DNA from: an uncultured bacterium
GTDB taxonomy: Bacteria; CAYUVA01
NCBI GenBank assembly: GCA_964448115.1
Contig: CAYUVA010000012.1
Span: 7,769 to 71,768 of the forward strand
Direction of reading: 5' to 3'
Length of the DNA: 64,000 bases
Shown here: piece after piece, positions 28,770 through 37,893 of the stretch
Layout: each line of letters starts with the position of its first letter
Numbering within the stretch: position 1 is the stretch's first letter
Program-made: the position numbers and the translations under genes
The notes under the pieces: model-generated
What the model was told of the DNA's origin: nothing
Seen by the model: only the letters and a program-made list of their open reading frames with translations
Database searches by the model: none

Positions 28770-29624
28770 ATGCATCAAGAGAACCCAATGAACATTGCAG
28801 CAGATCATATCGAGTTTCGCCGTTTCATACTTCAGTGCGAGCGCATCATCGCCCAGATCGATGACTATGCTGATCGCCTGGAAGCGCTGGTTGAGCCATT
28901 CAACAGACTTCTATTGGAGCGTCGCCTGGTCGAGGATGCTGTTATGCGCCTTTTCAAGGATGAGGATTATCTAAGAAGCCAGTCGAGTTGTCTGCATAAG
29001 AATGAGCTTAAGTTATATCGCGATCCACACGATGAGTTCTCGGTTCGACTATTTCTATGGCAGGCTGGAGTGATGTCCGAGATACATGATCACGGCAGTT
29101 GGGGGCTGGTCGGATGCGCTCTAAATCAACTCAAGATTCTTCATTATCGAAGGCTCGATGATGGTTCTAAACCTGGTTTCGCCGAGTTGGAACCGAGCAA
29201 ACAAGTTTTTCTGGAGCCTGGACAGTGCGAGAAGGTGTTTCCCTTCAACCATGGCATCCACCAGGTCGGAGCTGATGTGATCAAGCCGGCTATATCGATC
29301 AGCCTTTATCTCAAGCCACTGCGTAAGGGATATATCTACGCTTTTAACCGGTTGCTCAACAAGTGTTGGAAGGAGTATCCGACTATTGTTGAAAAAAAGT
29401 ACCTCGCAACCTTGCTTTTCGAGCACTTCGAGAGCAGCAGCAGGTATAATGCGCTGTGGGCAGCGAGCGATGATAGAACACCACTGGTGAGACTGGAGGC
29501 GATGAAATTACTTTTAAAAGTCGCGCCGGAGAGGAGGCAGGATATCATCGAGAAAGGTTTGCACGATCCTGCACAGGAGGTTCGTAAGGGGCTAAAGGAA
29601 TATCTGGAGGGGATAGGCGACTAG
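28770..29624 (+). CDS. Hypothetical protein with cupin-like (cysteine-dioxygenase-type) N-terminal half and HEAT-like repeats at the C-terminus
   Basis: IHDHGSWGLVGC ... HGIHQVGAD are candidate metal-binding His motifs. C-terminal ALWAASDDRTPLVRLEAMKLLLKVAPERRQDIIEKGLHDPAQEVRK is HEAT/PBS-lyase-like. First gene of an eight-gene + strand operon. Confidence 0.6.
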   Translation: MHQENPMNIAADHIEFRRFILQCERIIAQIDDYADRLEALVEPFNRLLLERRLVEDAVMRLFKDEDYLRSQSSCLHKNELKLYRDPHDEFSVRLFLWQAGVMSEIHDHGSWGLVGCALNQLKILHYRRLDDGSKPGFAELEPSKQVFLEPGQCEKVFPFNHGIHQVGADVIKPAISISLYLKPLRKGYIYAFNRLLNKCWKEYPTIVEKKYLATLLFEHFESSSRYNALWAASDDRTPLVRLEAMKLLLKVAPERRQDIIEKGLHDPAQEVRKGLKEYLEGIGD

Positions 29625-31024
29625 TGGTACCTGCACAGAAACCGAATATCGCAGTATTTACGCCGCTTAATCCGATCAAAAGCGGCATCTCGGATTATAA
29701 CCATGAGCTTCTCCCCGCACTTGCCAAGCATTATTATATCGATGTCTTTGTGGATGATAGCCCCTGGGATTTCCCTGTATCCACTGATAAATACCGGGTT
29801 TTTCATCATCTTAACTTTGCAAGGCTGTACAATGAAAAACGCTACCAGGCGGTTATTTATCATCTGGGGAATAACCTTTTCTCTAACTACATGTATTCCT
29901 ACCTCGCCAATTATCCAGGAGTAGTCGTACTGCATGACACAGTGCTGCACGGGCTTCGAGCCATGCACTATCTGGGTCGTAACCAGCGCGAGCACTACGA
30001 GGCGGAGATTATGTTTTCCCATGGTGAAGGAGCGCTATCGGTGGCTAATCTTGTTGCCTCTGGGATGGTCAGTCCCTTGCTATTGCGCATATTCCCCATG
30101 CTTCGTATCCCCGTGGAATCGGCTAAGATCGTCCTGGTGCACTCCAGGGCGGCAATGGAACAGGTCGTTTTCAGCTTCCCAGGTGCAAAGGTACAGACAG
30201 TGCCCATGGCGTTTAGGGATCCGTATCCACACCTGCAAAAGGAAACACAAGAAGGGCATCGTGATTCCCTGAACATCGATGTCGATGCCTATCCAGTGTT
30301 AGGTAGCTTCGGATTCGTTACCCAGCACAAGCGACTATCGATCATCCTGCCCATATTCAAGGATCTTTTGCGTAAGTATCCCCGCGCCAAGTACTATATT
30401 GTCGGCAAAGTACTTCCCGAGTACGAAAATGAGCTTGCCGAGCTTATCCAAGGGAGCGATCTTTCCCAGAGCGTTATCCCTACCGGCTATGTGGATATGG
30501 AGACCTACTACCGCTACATGCGGGCTGTGGATATTGCAATAAACCTGAGGTACCCCACCTACGGCGAAACCTCTGCATCGCTCATTCGCCTTCTCGGTTG
30601 CGGGGTGCCTACCATTGTGAGCAATCTTCACCAGTTCGCACAGATCCCTGACTCGGCGGTCGCCAAGGTCGATATATATCCGAATGAAGTTGATCAGCTC
30701 AGGCAGATGCTTGAGCTACTAATCGAGGATAAAAAGGTGCGAGATACGCTCGCTGCAAATGCTGCGGCTTATATCTCAAAGAACAACTCACTTACTGACA
30801 CTATCTCAGCATACAAACAGGCTATCGATTTTGCTATGCAGCAGCCGTTCAAACCGTCTTTATTATTACTTCACAAGGAGTTGAGCCACCTAACCTTTAA
30901 GAGCCATATACTTACTGGGATGGGCAAGGGCATCTTAGGTGATATAACGAAGCGATACCCTGAGGATGTGAGCTTTATGGTGTCGAAGCTATTGCTTCGC
31001 GCCTGGAATAAGGTGGTTCGGTAG
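29624..31024 (+). CDS. Glycosyltransferase family 1 (GT4-type, GT-B fold)
   Basis: C-terminal GT-B donor-binding region: PTYGETSASLIRLLGCGVPTIVSN ... (E-X7-E-like). GTG start overlaps the upstream TAG (ctaGTGg). Confidence 0.85.
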   Translation: MVPAQKPNIAVFTPLNPIKSGISDYNHELLPALAKHYYIDVFVDDSPWDFPVSTDKYRVFHHLNFARLYNEKRYQAVIYHLGNNLFSNYMYSYLANYPGVVVLHDTVLHGLRAMHYLGRNQREHYEAEIMFSHGEGALSVANLVASGMVSPLLLRIFPMLRIPVESAKIVLVHSRAAMEQVVFSFPGAKVQTVPMAFRDPYPHLQKETQEGHRDSLNIDVDAYPVLGSFGFVTQHKRLSIILPIFKDLLRKYPRAKYYIVGKVLPEYENELAELIQGSDLSQSVIPTGYVDMETYYRYMRAVDIAINLRYPTYGETSASLIRLLGCGVPTIVSNLHQFAQIPDSAVAKVDIYPNEVDQLRQMLELLIEDKKVRDTLAANAAAYISKNNSLTDTISAYKQAIDFAMQQPFKPSLLLLHKELSHLTFKSHILTGMGKGILGDITKRYPEDVSFMVSKLLLRAWNKVVR

Positions 31025-31068
31025 TACAAACCGATGTAACAAAGGCAAACTGCCTATAAACAGTCCAG

Positions 31069-31968
31069 ATGAGGCGATACATGGAGAATTTAGTTGCCAC
31101 CGCTGATGGCGTAAAGCTTTTCTATCGTGATTACGGGGAGGGCTTGCCACTGGTGCTCTGCAATGGCTTTGCCTGCAACGATTATGCCTGGAAATACATG
31201 GTTCGACACTTCCAGGACAAGATGAGGGTGATACTTTGGGATTATCGTGGACATGGTCGCTCCAGCCTCCCTGCCAGGGTTGAACCGTTTGAATTCAGCC
31301 TTTTCATCGATGATCTTTTCACGGTACTGGATAATGCTGGAGTAGAAAAAGGCGTTTTTGCCGGGCATAGCATGGGAGTACAGACTATCCTGGAGGCTTA
31401 CCGTCGGGATGCAAAGCGAGTTGCTGGGCTTATACCGATCTGCGGCAGTTTCAAGAACCCTGTGGAGACCTTTCAGGGCTTGCGTATCTTCCATTATCTT
31501 ATGCCTTATCTCTTCGTTGGGATGCGCCATTTACCGCAGATGCTCAGCTTCTCATCTAAGCACATCTTCAACGGCGAGCTTGGATGGCTGGTTGCTATTA
31601 CAATCGGCATCAACGGGTATTTGATCAACAAGGAGGACTTCATGCCCTACCTGGATCACCTGGCGACCAGGGACTGGTGTTTCATGGGCGAGCTGGCAAG
31701 GGCGATGAGGGAGCAGTCCGCTGATGACTTGCTTGAACGGGTAAAGGTTCCCACTTTGGTGGTCGCCGGTGATGAGGATAAGTTTACCCCCCTTGAGCTA
31801 TCCCTTGAGATGGCAAACAGGATTCCCAATGCCGAGCTGCTCGTGGTCAAGCACGGGATGCATACGACTACACTTGAGCAACCGGAGCTGGTGAACCTCA
31901 GGATAGAGAAATGGCTTTGCAAGCATGGTTTCTTGATAAAAAAACAAGAAGGTAAGGTGCAGCGATGA
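31069..31968 (+). CDS. Alpha/beta-fold hydrolase
   Basis: Nucleophile elbow FAGHSMGV (GxSxG). LVLCNGFA ... C-terminal region with Asp/His. Alternative ATG at 31081 has better RBS spacing. Confidence 0.88.
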   Translation: MRRYMENLVATADGVKLFYRDYGEGLPLVLCNGFACNDYAWKYMVRHFQDKMRVILWDYRGHGRSSLPARVEPFEFSLFIDDLFTVLDNAGVEKGVFAGHSMGVQTILEAYRRDAKRVAGLIPICGSFKNPVETFQGLRIFHYLMPYLFVGMRHLPQMLSFSSKHIFNGELGWLVAITIGINGYLINKEDFMPYLDHLATRDWCFMGELARAMREQSADDLLERVKVPTLVVAGDEDKFTPLELSLEMANRIPNAELLVVKHGMHTTTLEQPELVNLRIEKWLCKHGFLIKKQEGKVQR

Positions 31969-33500
31969 GTCCTGAAAATACTAGACTCTCGTCGGGTACG
32001 ATAAGGAAGCTGAAACAAATATTTGGGAAAGAGAATGTCTCCACCGACGAGACCGACAAGATAAGCTACTCCAAGGATATGTTGCCAGCGGGATTGCTGG
32101 CGATAAGGCGATTGGAGCCACCGCCTCCGCCTGATGTAATCGTCTGGGCACATAAAACCGAGCAAATATGCGAGCTGCTTCAGTTGGCGAACAGCCAGGG
32201 CTTCCCGGTCATACCTTATGGTGCAGGATCCGGCGTCTGCGGAGGTACATTTCCGCTTAGCGGGGGCGTCATATTGGATATGAAGCGGATGGATAAAATT
32301 ATCGAGCTTGATGACAATTCCCTTACCGCGAAGATCCAGGCTGGCATCGTGGGGCAGATTCTGGAGATGGAGCTGAACCGAAGGGGCTATACCCTGGGGC
32401 ATTTCCCATCCTCCATCTATTGCTCGACCCTGGGCGGGTGGCTAGTTACACGCAGCGCAGGACAGCTCTCCACCAAGTATGGCAAGATCGAGGATATGGT
32501 CATGGGCTTGCAGGTGGTGCTCCCTAGCGGACAGGTGATCGCCACCAAGGCTGTGCCCCGCAGCGCTACCGGACCCAACTTGACCCAGTTGTTTGTCGGC
32601 TCCGAGGGATTGCTCGGTGTGGTTACAGAAGCGATCATGCGCATCTGTCCCTACCCCCAGGCTATTCGCTATTGTGCATACCTCTTTCCCGATGTACCCA
32701 GCGGATGCGAGGCTATTCGCCTAATACTGAGAAGCGGCGCCAAGCCTGCTGTGGTCAGGCTCTACGATGAGCTGGATACCATGCTGGTCGGCTCCGGCAA
32801 GGCTGATGATGAGGGCGATTCGCTGATCAAGCGCCTTATTGGCTCTTACATCAAGGAGAATGTGCCCGCTGGAGTTCTCAAGGCAGTGGTCAATCACTTC
32901 ACGGTGGTGGAGAAGCTCTCCAAGGCGCTCAAGGCGCAGTGCCTCCTCATTCTCGGAATGGAGGGAAGCGAGGAGCTGGTCGAGGCGGAGAGTAGCATTG
33001 TTCAAAGGGTGTGCAAAGAGGCTGGCGGTAAAGACCTGGGAGAAAAGCCGGGATTGAACTGGGAGAAGTCTAGGTATAATGTCTCTTATCGCATGTCCAC
33101 CGTGTTCGACTCTGGGGCTTTTGTCGATACCATCGAGGTTGCCATCACCTGGGATCGCCTGACCGAGCTTTACTTTGCGGTTAGAGAGGCACTAGTGCCG
33201 CACTGCTTCATCATGGCGCACTTCTCACATGCATACCCAGAGGGTTGCTCCATATACTTCACCTTTGTTGGCGCAGCAGATGACGATAAACAAAGTGAAA
33301 AGAAATACTTCGAGATATGGGACAAAGCGCTCAATGCAGTTCTATCTGTAGGGGGCACAATCAGCCACCATCACGGCATCGGCTGGCTGAAGGGCAAGTA
33401 CATGCCCGCAGAGCACGGGGATGCCTTTGAGGTGCTGCGCGCCATAAAAAGCACATTGGATCCAAACAATATACTCAATCCAGGAAAACTGGGATTATAA
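31965..33500 (+). CDS. FAD-linked oxidase (PCMH-type FAD-binding; GlcD / D-lactate dehydrogenase / alkyl-DHAP synthase family)
   Basis: FAD-binding: PVIPYGAGSGVCGG ... GGVILDMKRMDKI. C-terminal HHHGIGWLKGKYM ... LDPNNILNPGKL. ATGA overlap with the upstream hydrolase gene. Confidence 0.92.
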   Translation: MSPENTRLSSGTIRKLKQIFGKENVSTDETDKISYSKDMLPAGLLAIRRLEPPPPPDVIVWAHKTEQICELLQLANSQGFPVIPYGAGSGVCGGTFPLSGGVILDMKRMDKIIELDDNSLTAKIQAGIVGQILEMELNRRGYTLGHFPSSIYCSTLGGWLVTRSAGQLSTKYGKIEDMVMGLQVVLPSGQVIATKAVPRSATGPNLTQLFVGSEGLLGVVTEAIMRICPYPQAIRYCAYLFPDVPSGCEAIRLILRSGAKPAVVRLYDELDTMLVGSGKADDEGDSLIKRLIGSYIKENVPAGVLKAVVNHFTVVEKLSKALKAQCLLILGMEGSEELVEAESSIVQRVCKEAGGKDLGEKPGLNWEKSRYNVSYRMSTVFDSGAFVDTIEVAITWDRLTELYFAVREALVPHCFIMAHFSHAYPEGCSIYFTFVGAADDDKQSEKKYFEIWDKALNAVLSVGGTISHHHGIGWLKGKYMPAEHGDAFEVLRAIKSTLDPNNILNPGKLGL

Positions 33501-34624
33501 TGCTCAACAAGTACCTTAAGGAACACGCAAAGACGATAAGCTACTGCACCTATTGCCCCAAGATGTGTCGTTTTGCGTGCCCGGTCGGGGTCGCTGATGC
33601 CTCTGAGACCTCCATTGTCCAGGGACGGATGACCTTGCTTCACCTGGCGCTGGGAGGGGCTATCGACTTTGATGAACAGGTAGCCTCTATGGCATATAAA
33701 TGCTGCACCTGCCTGCACTGCAATACCTACTGCCGTCATGACTTCAACATACCGGATGTCATGTACGATGCCAGGCGAGCAGCCTATGAACTCGGAGTGG
33801 AACCGAAGATAATAACCGAGCGGATGCTCAACTTTGAGCACTTCAACAATCCATATCCCTTGGATCTGAGGGACGAGCTGGAGGGTCTGGTCGAGGAGCG
33901 CTTCTTCGCAAAGGGCGCCTCCGCGGTCTATTTCCCTGGCTGCAATACTATCTTGAGGCAGCAAAAGAACCTGTTGAATACCCTCGAGATATTCGATGAG
34001 CTAGGTATTGATTTTGTCTCGGTTTGGCAGGATAAGCAGCAGTGTTGCCTGGCACCGATGATTACCGCGGGGAGAACATCTGAGTTCATCGCCCTGGCAA
34101 GGGGGATCGCCAGCGCGATGAGGGACTACAGGCTGATCATCTTTGCTTGTCCGCTTTGTTATTATGCCTTCAGGGTGCTCTATCCTCGGTATGGCTTCAA
34201 TATAGGCAGAAAGATGCTGCACATCAGCGAGTTTTTGCTCGACAGATTGAAGGGCAGTAAAAGGAAACTGAAGCCAGGAGATTATGGTAAGATCGCCTAT
34301 CATGATCCCTGCTACCTGGGGCGCTACATGGGGATATATGATGCACCCCGCGAGCTGCTCGTGCTGTGCGTTGGTGATGCTTTCAGCGAGCTTTACCGCG
34401 TTCGCCAGGATTCGATTTGCTGTGGAGCTAACGGGTGGCTGCCTGCTGTCTATCCTCAGACCTCGCGGCGCATCCTAGACTTGAAGCTCGCCGAGTATCG
34501 TGAGATGGAATATGATGCCTTAGTTACCGCCTGCCCTACATGCGAGACCCACTTCAACAAGCGAGCGAAGGATATCGAGGTGCTAGATCTGGTAAACATA
34601 CTTCGCAATACGCTATATCGATAA
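33500..34624 (+). CDS. Fe-S oxidoreductase with two CCG domains (GlcF / HdrD-like)
   Basis: Two ferredoxin-like Cys clusters (CTYCPKMCRFACPV; CCTCLHCNTYC) and two CCG motifs (CCLAPMITAG; CCGANGW). Start overlaps the upstream stop (TAATG). Confidence 0.9.
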   Translation: MLNKYLKEHAKTISYCTYCPKMCRFACPVGVADASETSIVQGRMTLLHLALGGAIDFDEQVASMAYKCCTCLHCNTYCRHDFNIPDVMYDARRAAYELGVEPKIITERMLNFEHFNNPYPLDLRDELEGLVEERFFAKGASAVYFPGCNTILRQQKNLLNTLEIFDELGIDFVSVWQDKQQCCLAPMITAGRTSEFIALARGIASAMRDYRLIIFACPLCYYAFRVLYPRYGFNIGRKMLHISEFLLDRLKGSKRKLKPGDYGKIAYHDPCYLGRYMGIYDAPRELLVLCVGDAFSELYRVRQDSICCGANGWLPAVYPQTSRRILDLKLAEYREMEYDALVTACPTCETHFNKRAKDIEVLDLVNILRNTLYR

Positions 34625-34636
34625 CAAGGTTGGCTC

Positions 34637-35560
34637 ATGCAAGCCCGACATAGCACCATTTGGACCATCCTGTTGGTCGGCATCGCTGCCTTGGCTTTAG
34701 CCGGGGCAGATCATAATCAGTCCCTGGCATCCCTTATGTCCGATCCCAAGGAGAAGCCCTTTATCAAGCAAGGATGGTTTTATGATCTGAACCTGGCGCT
34801 TCAGGCTGCCAAGACGAGCCGAAAGCCAATCCTGATCCAGTTCTACACCACCTGGTGCGGGTGGTGCAAGAAGCTGGAGAATACTACTTTCTCTGATGGC
34901 AATGTAACCGTGTATCTCAAAGAAAACTTCATAACAGTCAAGCTGAACGCCGAGAAGGTCGATCGGATCGCTAAATCATACCAGGTGCGCTCCTTTCCCA
35001 GCTTCGTGCTTCTCGATGCCAAAGGTGAGGAGATAGACCGCTTCAACGGATATAGAGATGGTAGAAAATTTAAGGCACTGCTCGAAGCCTTGCTTTTCAG
35101 CCCGCACACTTTCGGCGCTCTGCGGTCAAGGATGAGAGACGGAACCGCCAATGATGAGGATCTGCTCAACCTTGCCAGGGGATATGCAGCCAGGAACATG
35201 CTCCTTAAGGCAGGCGAGGCATACCAGTTAATAATCGACCGCGACTTCTACAGTAAGGGACACTTCACTGATCGAGCGCTATATGAGCTTGGCATACTGA
35301 TGATGAAGCAAAGGAAATACCCGGATGCCCTAGATTTGTTCAAGCGAGTGTACGAGAAATTCGCTAATAGCGACCTGCAAGGGCGATCTATGCTCATGAT
35401 TGGACAGGTCTATGAGCTTTCCGAAAAACCATCCATTGCCATGGGCTGGTACAAGCGATTCATCGACCATTATCCCAATGCGAAGGAGGTTGGCTGGGCG
35501 CAGAAAAAGTTAGAAAAGCTAAGAAAGGAAATCGCAGTAAAAGAAAACGATCAGCCATGA
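34637..35560 (+). CDS. Secreted thioredoxin-fold protein with C-terminal TPR-like region
   Basis: Signal peptide MQARHSTIWTILLVGIAALALAG. Thioredoxin active site ILIQFYTTWCGWCKKLE (CxxC as WCGWC). C-terminal TPR-like helices (ALYELGILMMKQRKYPDALDLFKRV ...). Confidence 0.8.
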   Translation: MQARHSTIWTILLVGIAALALAGADHNQSLASLMSDPKEKPFIKQGWFYDLNLALQAAKTSRKPILIQFYTTWCGWCKKLENTTFSDGNVTVYLKENFITVKLNAEKVDRIAKSYQVRSFPSFVLLDAKGEEIDRFNGYRDGRKFKALLEALLFSPHTFGALRSRMRDGTANDEDLLNLARGYAARNMLLKAGEAYQLIIDRDFYSKGHFTDRALYELGILMMKQRKYPDALDLFKRVYEKFANSDLQGRSMLMIGQVYELSEKPSIAMGWYKRFIDHYPNAKEVGWAQKKLEKLRKEIAVKENDQP

Positions 35561-36579
35561 ACAGATATATCATCTACCCGGCATTCATCCCCCATCTCGG
35601 CTGCCCCTTTGAGTGTGTTTACTGCAATCAGCGGCTGGTCAGCGGACAGGTAAACCTTAAGCCACCGCAAATAAGGCAGGGGCTGAACGAATGGCTAGTA
35701 TCAATCAAGAGAAAACCGAGCGCTGATGGGATGACAAGGGTGGTCGCATTCTACGGGGGAAGCTTCACCGGCTTGAGCCTTGAAGAACAGCAGTATTTTC
35801 TTACGCCAGCTACCGAAGCTAAGCGACGAGGCGATATCGATTCCATCAGGCTCTCTACCCGTCCCGACTTGATCGATGCCGAAAAGCTGGCTTTCTTAAA
35901 AAAGATGCTGGTTGATACTGTGGAGCTTGGCGCTCAATCTATGGATGATGATGTACTCAAGCAAAGCAAGCGGGGACACAGGGCAATAGATGTCAAACAA
36001 GCGGTGGATGCATTGCGTGCACATAATCTCAAGGTTGGCTTGCAGATAATGCCTGGGCTCCCCGGCCATACAGACCGGAGCATCGACTTTACCATCAGCG
36101 AGAGCATCGCGCTCAAGCCCGATATGGTGCGCATCTATCCAACCGTAGTGCTCAAGGGGACAGCATTGGAGGCGATGTTTCGCAAGGGAGCATACAAGCC
36201 GCTTGCGATCGATGATGTCGTTTCAATGGGAGTAGGGTGGCTTAAACGCTTTACTGATGCTGGTATTCCAGTCATTCGACTCGGATTGCATCCCGATCCA
36301 TACCTGGTTAGCTCGAATGCGGTTGTGGCTGGTCCCTTTCATCCCGCGCTTCACTACCTGATAAGGTGTCGCATGGCAAGAGAAAAGCTTGCTTCCCTAT
36401 TGCGTAATTCGCAGCCGTCCAGGAATGCAGTGGTGGTTATCAAGGTTCCAGCAGCCAGGCTGAGCGAGTATCTGGGCAATAGACGGGAGAATATACAATT
36501 TCTTGCAGAGATGTTTGATATCGGAGAGCTTGAGATAATACCTGATGCAACGATTAGCGTGCCGGTGATCGCTAATTAA
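35557..36579 (+). CDS. Radical SAM protein (ELP3-like / TIGR01212-like core)
   Basis: IPHLGCPFECVYCNQ cysteine motif near the N-terminus. GG glycine-rich SAM motif VAFYGGSFTG. ATGA overlap with the upstream gene. Confidence 0.85.
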   Translation: MNRYIIYPAFIPHLGCPFECVYCNQRLVSGQVNLKPPQIRQGLNEWLVSIKRKPSADGMTRVVAFYGGSFTGLSLEEQQYFLTPATEAKRRGDIDSIRLSTRPDLIDAEKLAFLKKMLVDTVELGAQSMDDDVLKQSKRGHRAIDVKQAVDALRAHNLKVGLQIMPGLPGHTDRSIDFTISESIALKPDMVRIYPTVVLKGTALEAMFRKGAYKPLAIDDVVSMGVGWLKRFTDAGIPVIRLGLHPDPYLVSSNAVVAGPFHPALHYLIRCRMAREKLASLLRNSQPSRNAVVVIKVPAARLSEYLGNRRENIQFLAEMFDIGELEIIPDATISVPVIAN

Positions 36580-36595
36580 TTGATATCTCACGCAA

Positions 36596-36708
36596 AGACA
36601 CAAAGAACTCAAGGAGGATAGAAAAACGAGGTACAAGGAACAAGAAACCAAGTGCGAAGAAAGGAATCCCACGCAAAGACGCAAAGAGGAAAAGGACGCA
36701 AAGAGGAT
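36596..36708 (+). repeat. Purine-rich 5' leader with repeated CGCAAAGA(C/G) units and many GGA motifs
   Basis: cacgcaaagaca (36589-36600), cacgcaaagacgcaaagagga (36670-36690), gacgcaaagagga (36695-36707). Seven or more GGA trinucleotides in about 120 nt immediately upstream of the GT4 ATG at 36709. Confidence 0.45.
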
Positions 36709-37893
36709 ATGAAAAAGAGGATCCTGATCATTAGCTCCACGGCGCCCTATCCGCTGGACAACGGCGGAGCACAGAGGCTTTATCACATACCTCGCCTGCT
36801 GTCCGATGACTACGAATTCCACCTGATAACCTTCAGCAAGCAGGGAGTGGAAGCCTCTATGATCGCCGATGCTGCGCCATTCTATGCAAGCGTTAAAACT
36901 GTACCTCTCGGCAGGTATCCCGCTCGCTTGAATGCAGTGCGCATTACACCACGAATGGTGCTGCACCACAAGAGCAGCGAGATGGGGCAGGTGATATCAT
37001 CCGCCATCGACCAATATAGTTTCGACCTGGTGCAGATCGACTACACGCAGATGGGGCAGTATGCCAGGCTGCTACCCAATTCGCTCCCTCGTGTCCTGGT
37101 CGTGCATGACATCGCCCACATAGTCTATAAACAATTATTTTTAATAAAGCCGATTTCATTAAATAAGCTGGTTTCATTGAGCGAGTATGCAAAGATACTA
37201 TTCTACGAGAGGCGAGTTTTCCATAATTTCAGGCAACTGGTCGCCCTGAGCGATCCTGATGGCAAATACCTGCACAAGATTTGCTCTAATAAGCAATCCA
37301 TATCAGTGATCCCACAAGGCTTCGATGAGCACCAGCTCAAGGGAATAATCGGCGAACATAGCGACAAGCCGCAGCTTCTCATAGTCGCCAACCTGGGCAC
37401 GCAGCCGAACATCATCGCAATCAACGATTATCTTAAATATATCCATCCCCGCCTAAAAAAGCGCTTTCCTGGGCTGACTATATGGATTGTTGGCTCTGAT
37501 CCCCACAATCTCTTTAATGGTAAGCGTATCAAGGGAGTAGAATTCACCGGCTATGATGATGATCTAAGTAAATTCTATGCCCGCAAGCCGATCTGCATAC
37601 TGCCTTACCGCATCGGCTCTGGAATGCGAACAAAGGTGCTGGAGGCAATGGCTGCCGGGTTGCCCATAATAGCGACTCCACTGGCTGTATCCGGGATACC
37701 GCTGCTAGATGGCGAATCAGCGCTGATTGAATCATCCATTCCTCGCTTTGTCGATCGTTTAGGGCAGCTAATACCGGATGCTCAAGCCAGGTTGCGCCTG
37801 GGCGAATCAGCTAGGGAGCTTGCATTCAAGCATTTTACTTGGGGCAACGCTGCTCAACTGGTCGATTGTCTTTTTCAAAGTATCCTTGGCTAG
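36709..37893 (+). CDS. Glycosyltransferase family 1 (GT4-type)
   Basis: MKKRILIISSTAPYPLDNGG ... ILPYRIGSGMRTKVLEAMAAGLPIIATPLAVSGIPLLDGESALI. The ORF track's GTG at 36652 would add a basic RRKESHAKTQRGKGRKED extension, so I prefer the ATG at 36709. Confidence 0.88.
   Translation: MKKRILIISSTAPYPLDNGGAQRLYHIPRLLSDDYEFHLITFSKQGVEASMIADAAPFYASVKTVPLGRYPARLNAVRITPRMVLHHKSSEMGQVISSAIDQYSFDLVQIDYTQMGQYARLLPNSLPRVLVVHDIAHIVYKQLFLIKPISLNKLVSLSEYAKILFYERRVFHNFRQLVALSDPDGKYLHKICSNKQSISVIPQGFDEHQLKGIIGEHSDKPQLLIVANLGTQPNIIAINDYLKYIHPRLKKRFPGLTIWIVGSDPHNLFNGKRIKGVEFTGYDDDLSKFYARKPICILPYRIGSGMRTKVLEAMAAGLPIIATPLAVSGIPLLDGESALIESSIPRFVDRLGQLIPDAQARLRLGESARELAFKHFTWGNAAQLVDCLFQSILG

Noticed and set aside
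36652-36708. GTG-initiated N-terminal extension of the GT4 gene
   Set aside because: It would add a basic RRKESHAKTQRGKGRKED tail that a GT4 enzyme is not expected to carry. The ATG at 36709 gives the typical MKKRILII start, and the region looks like a repetitive purine leader.
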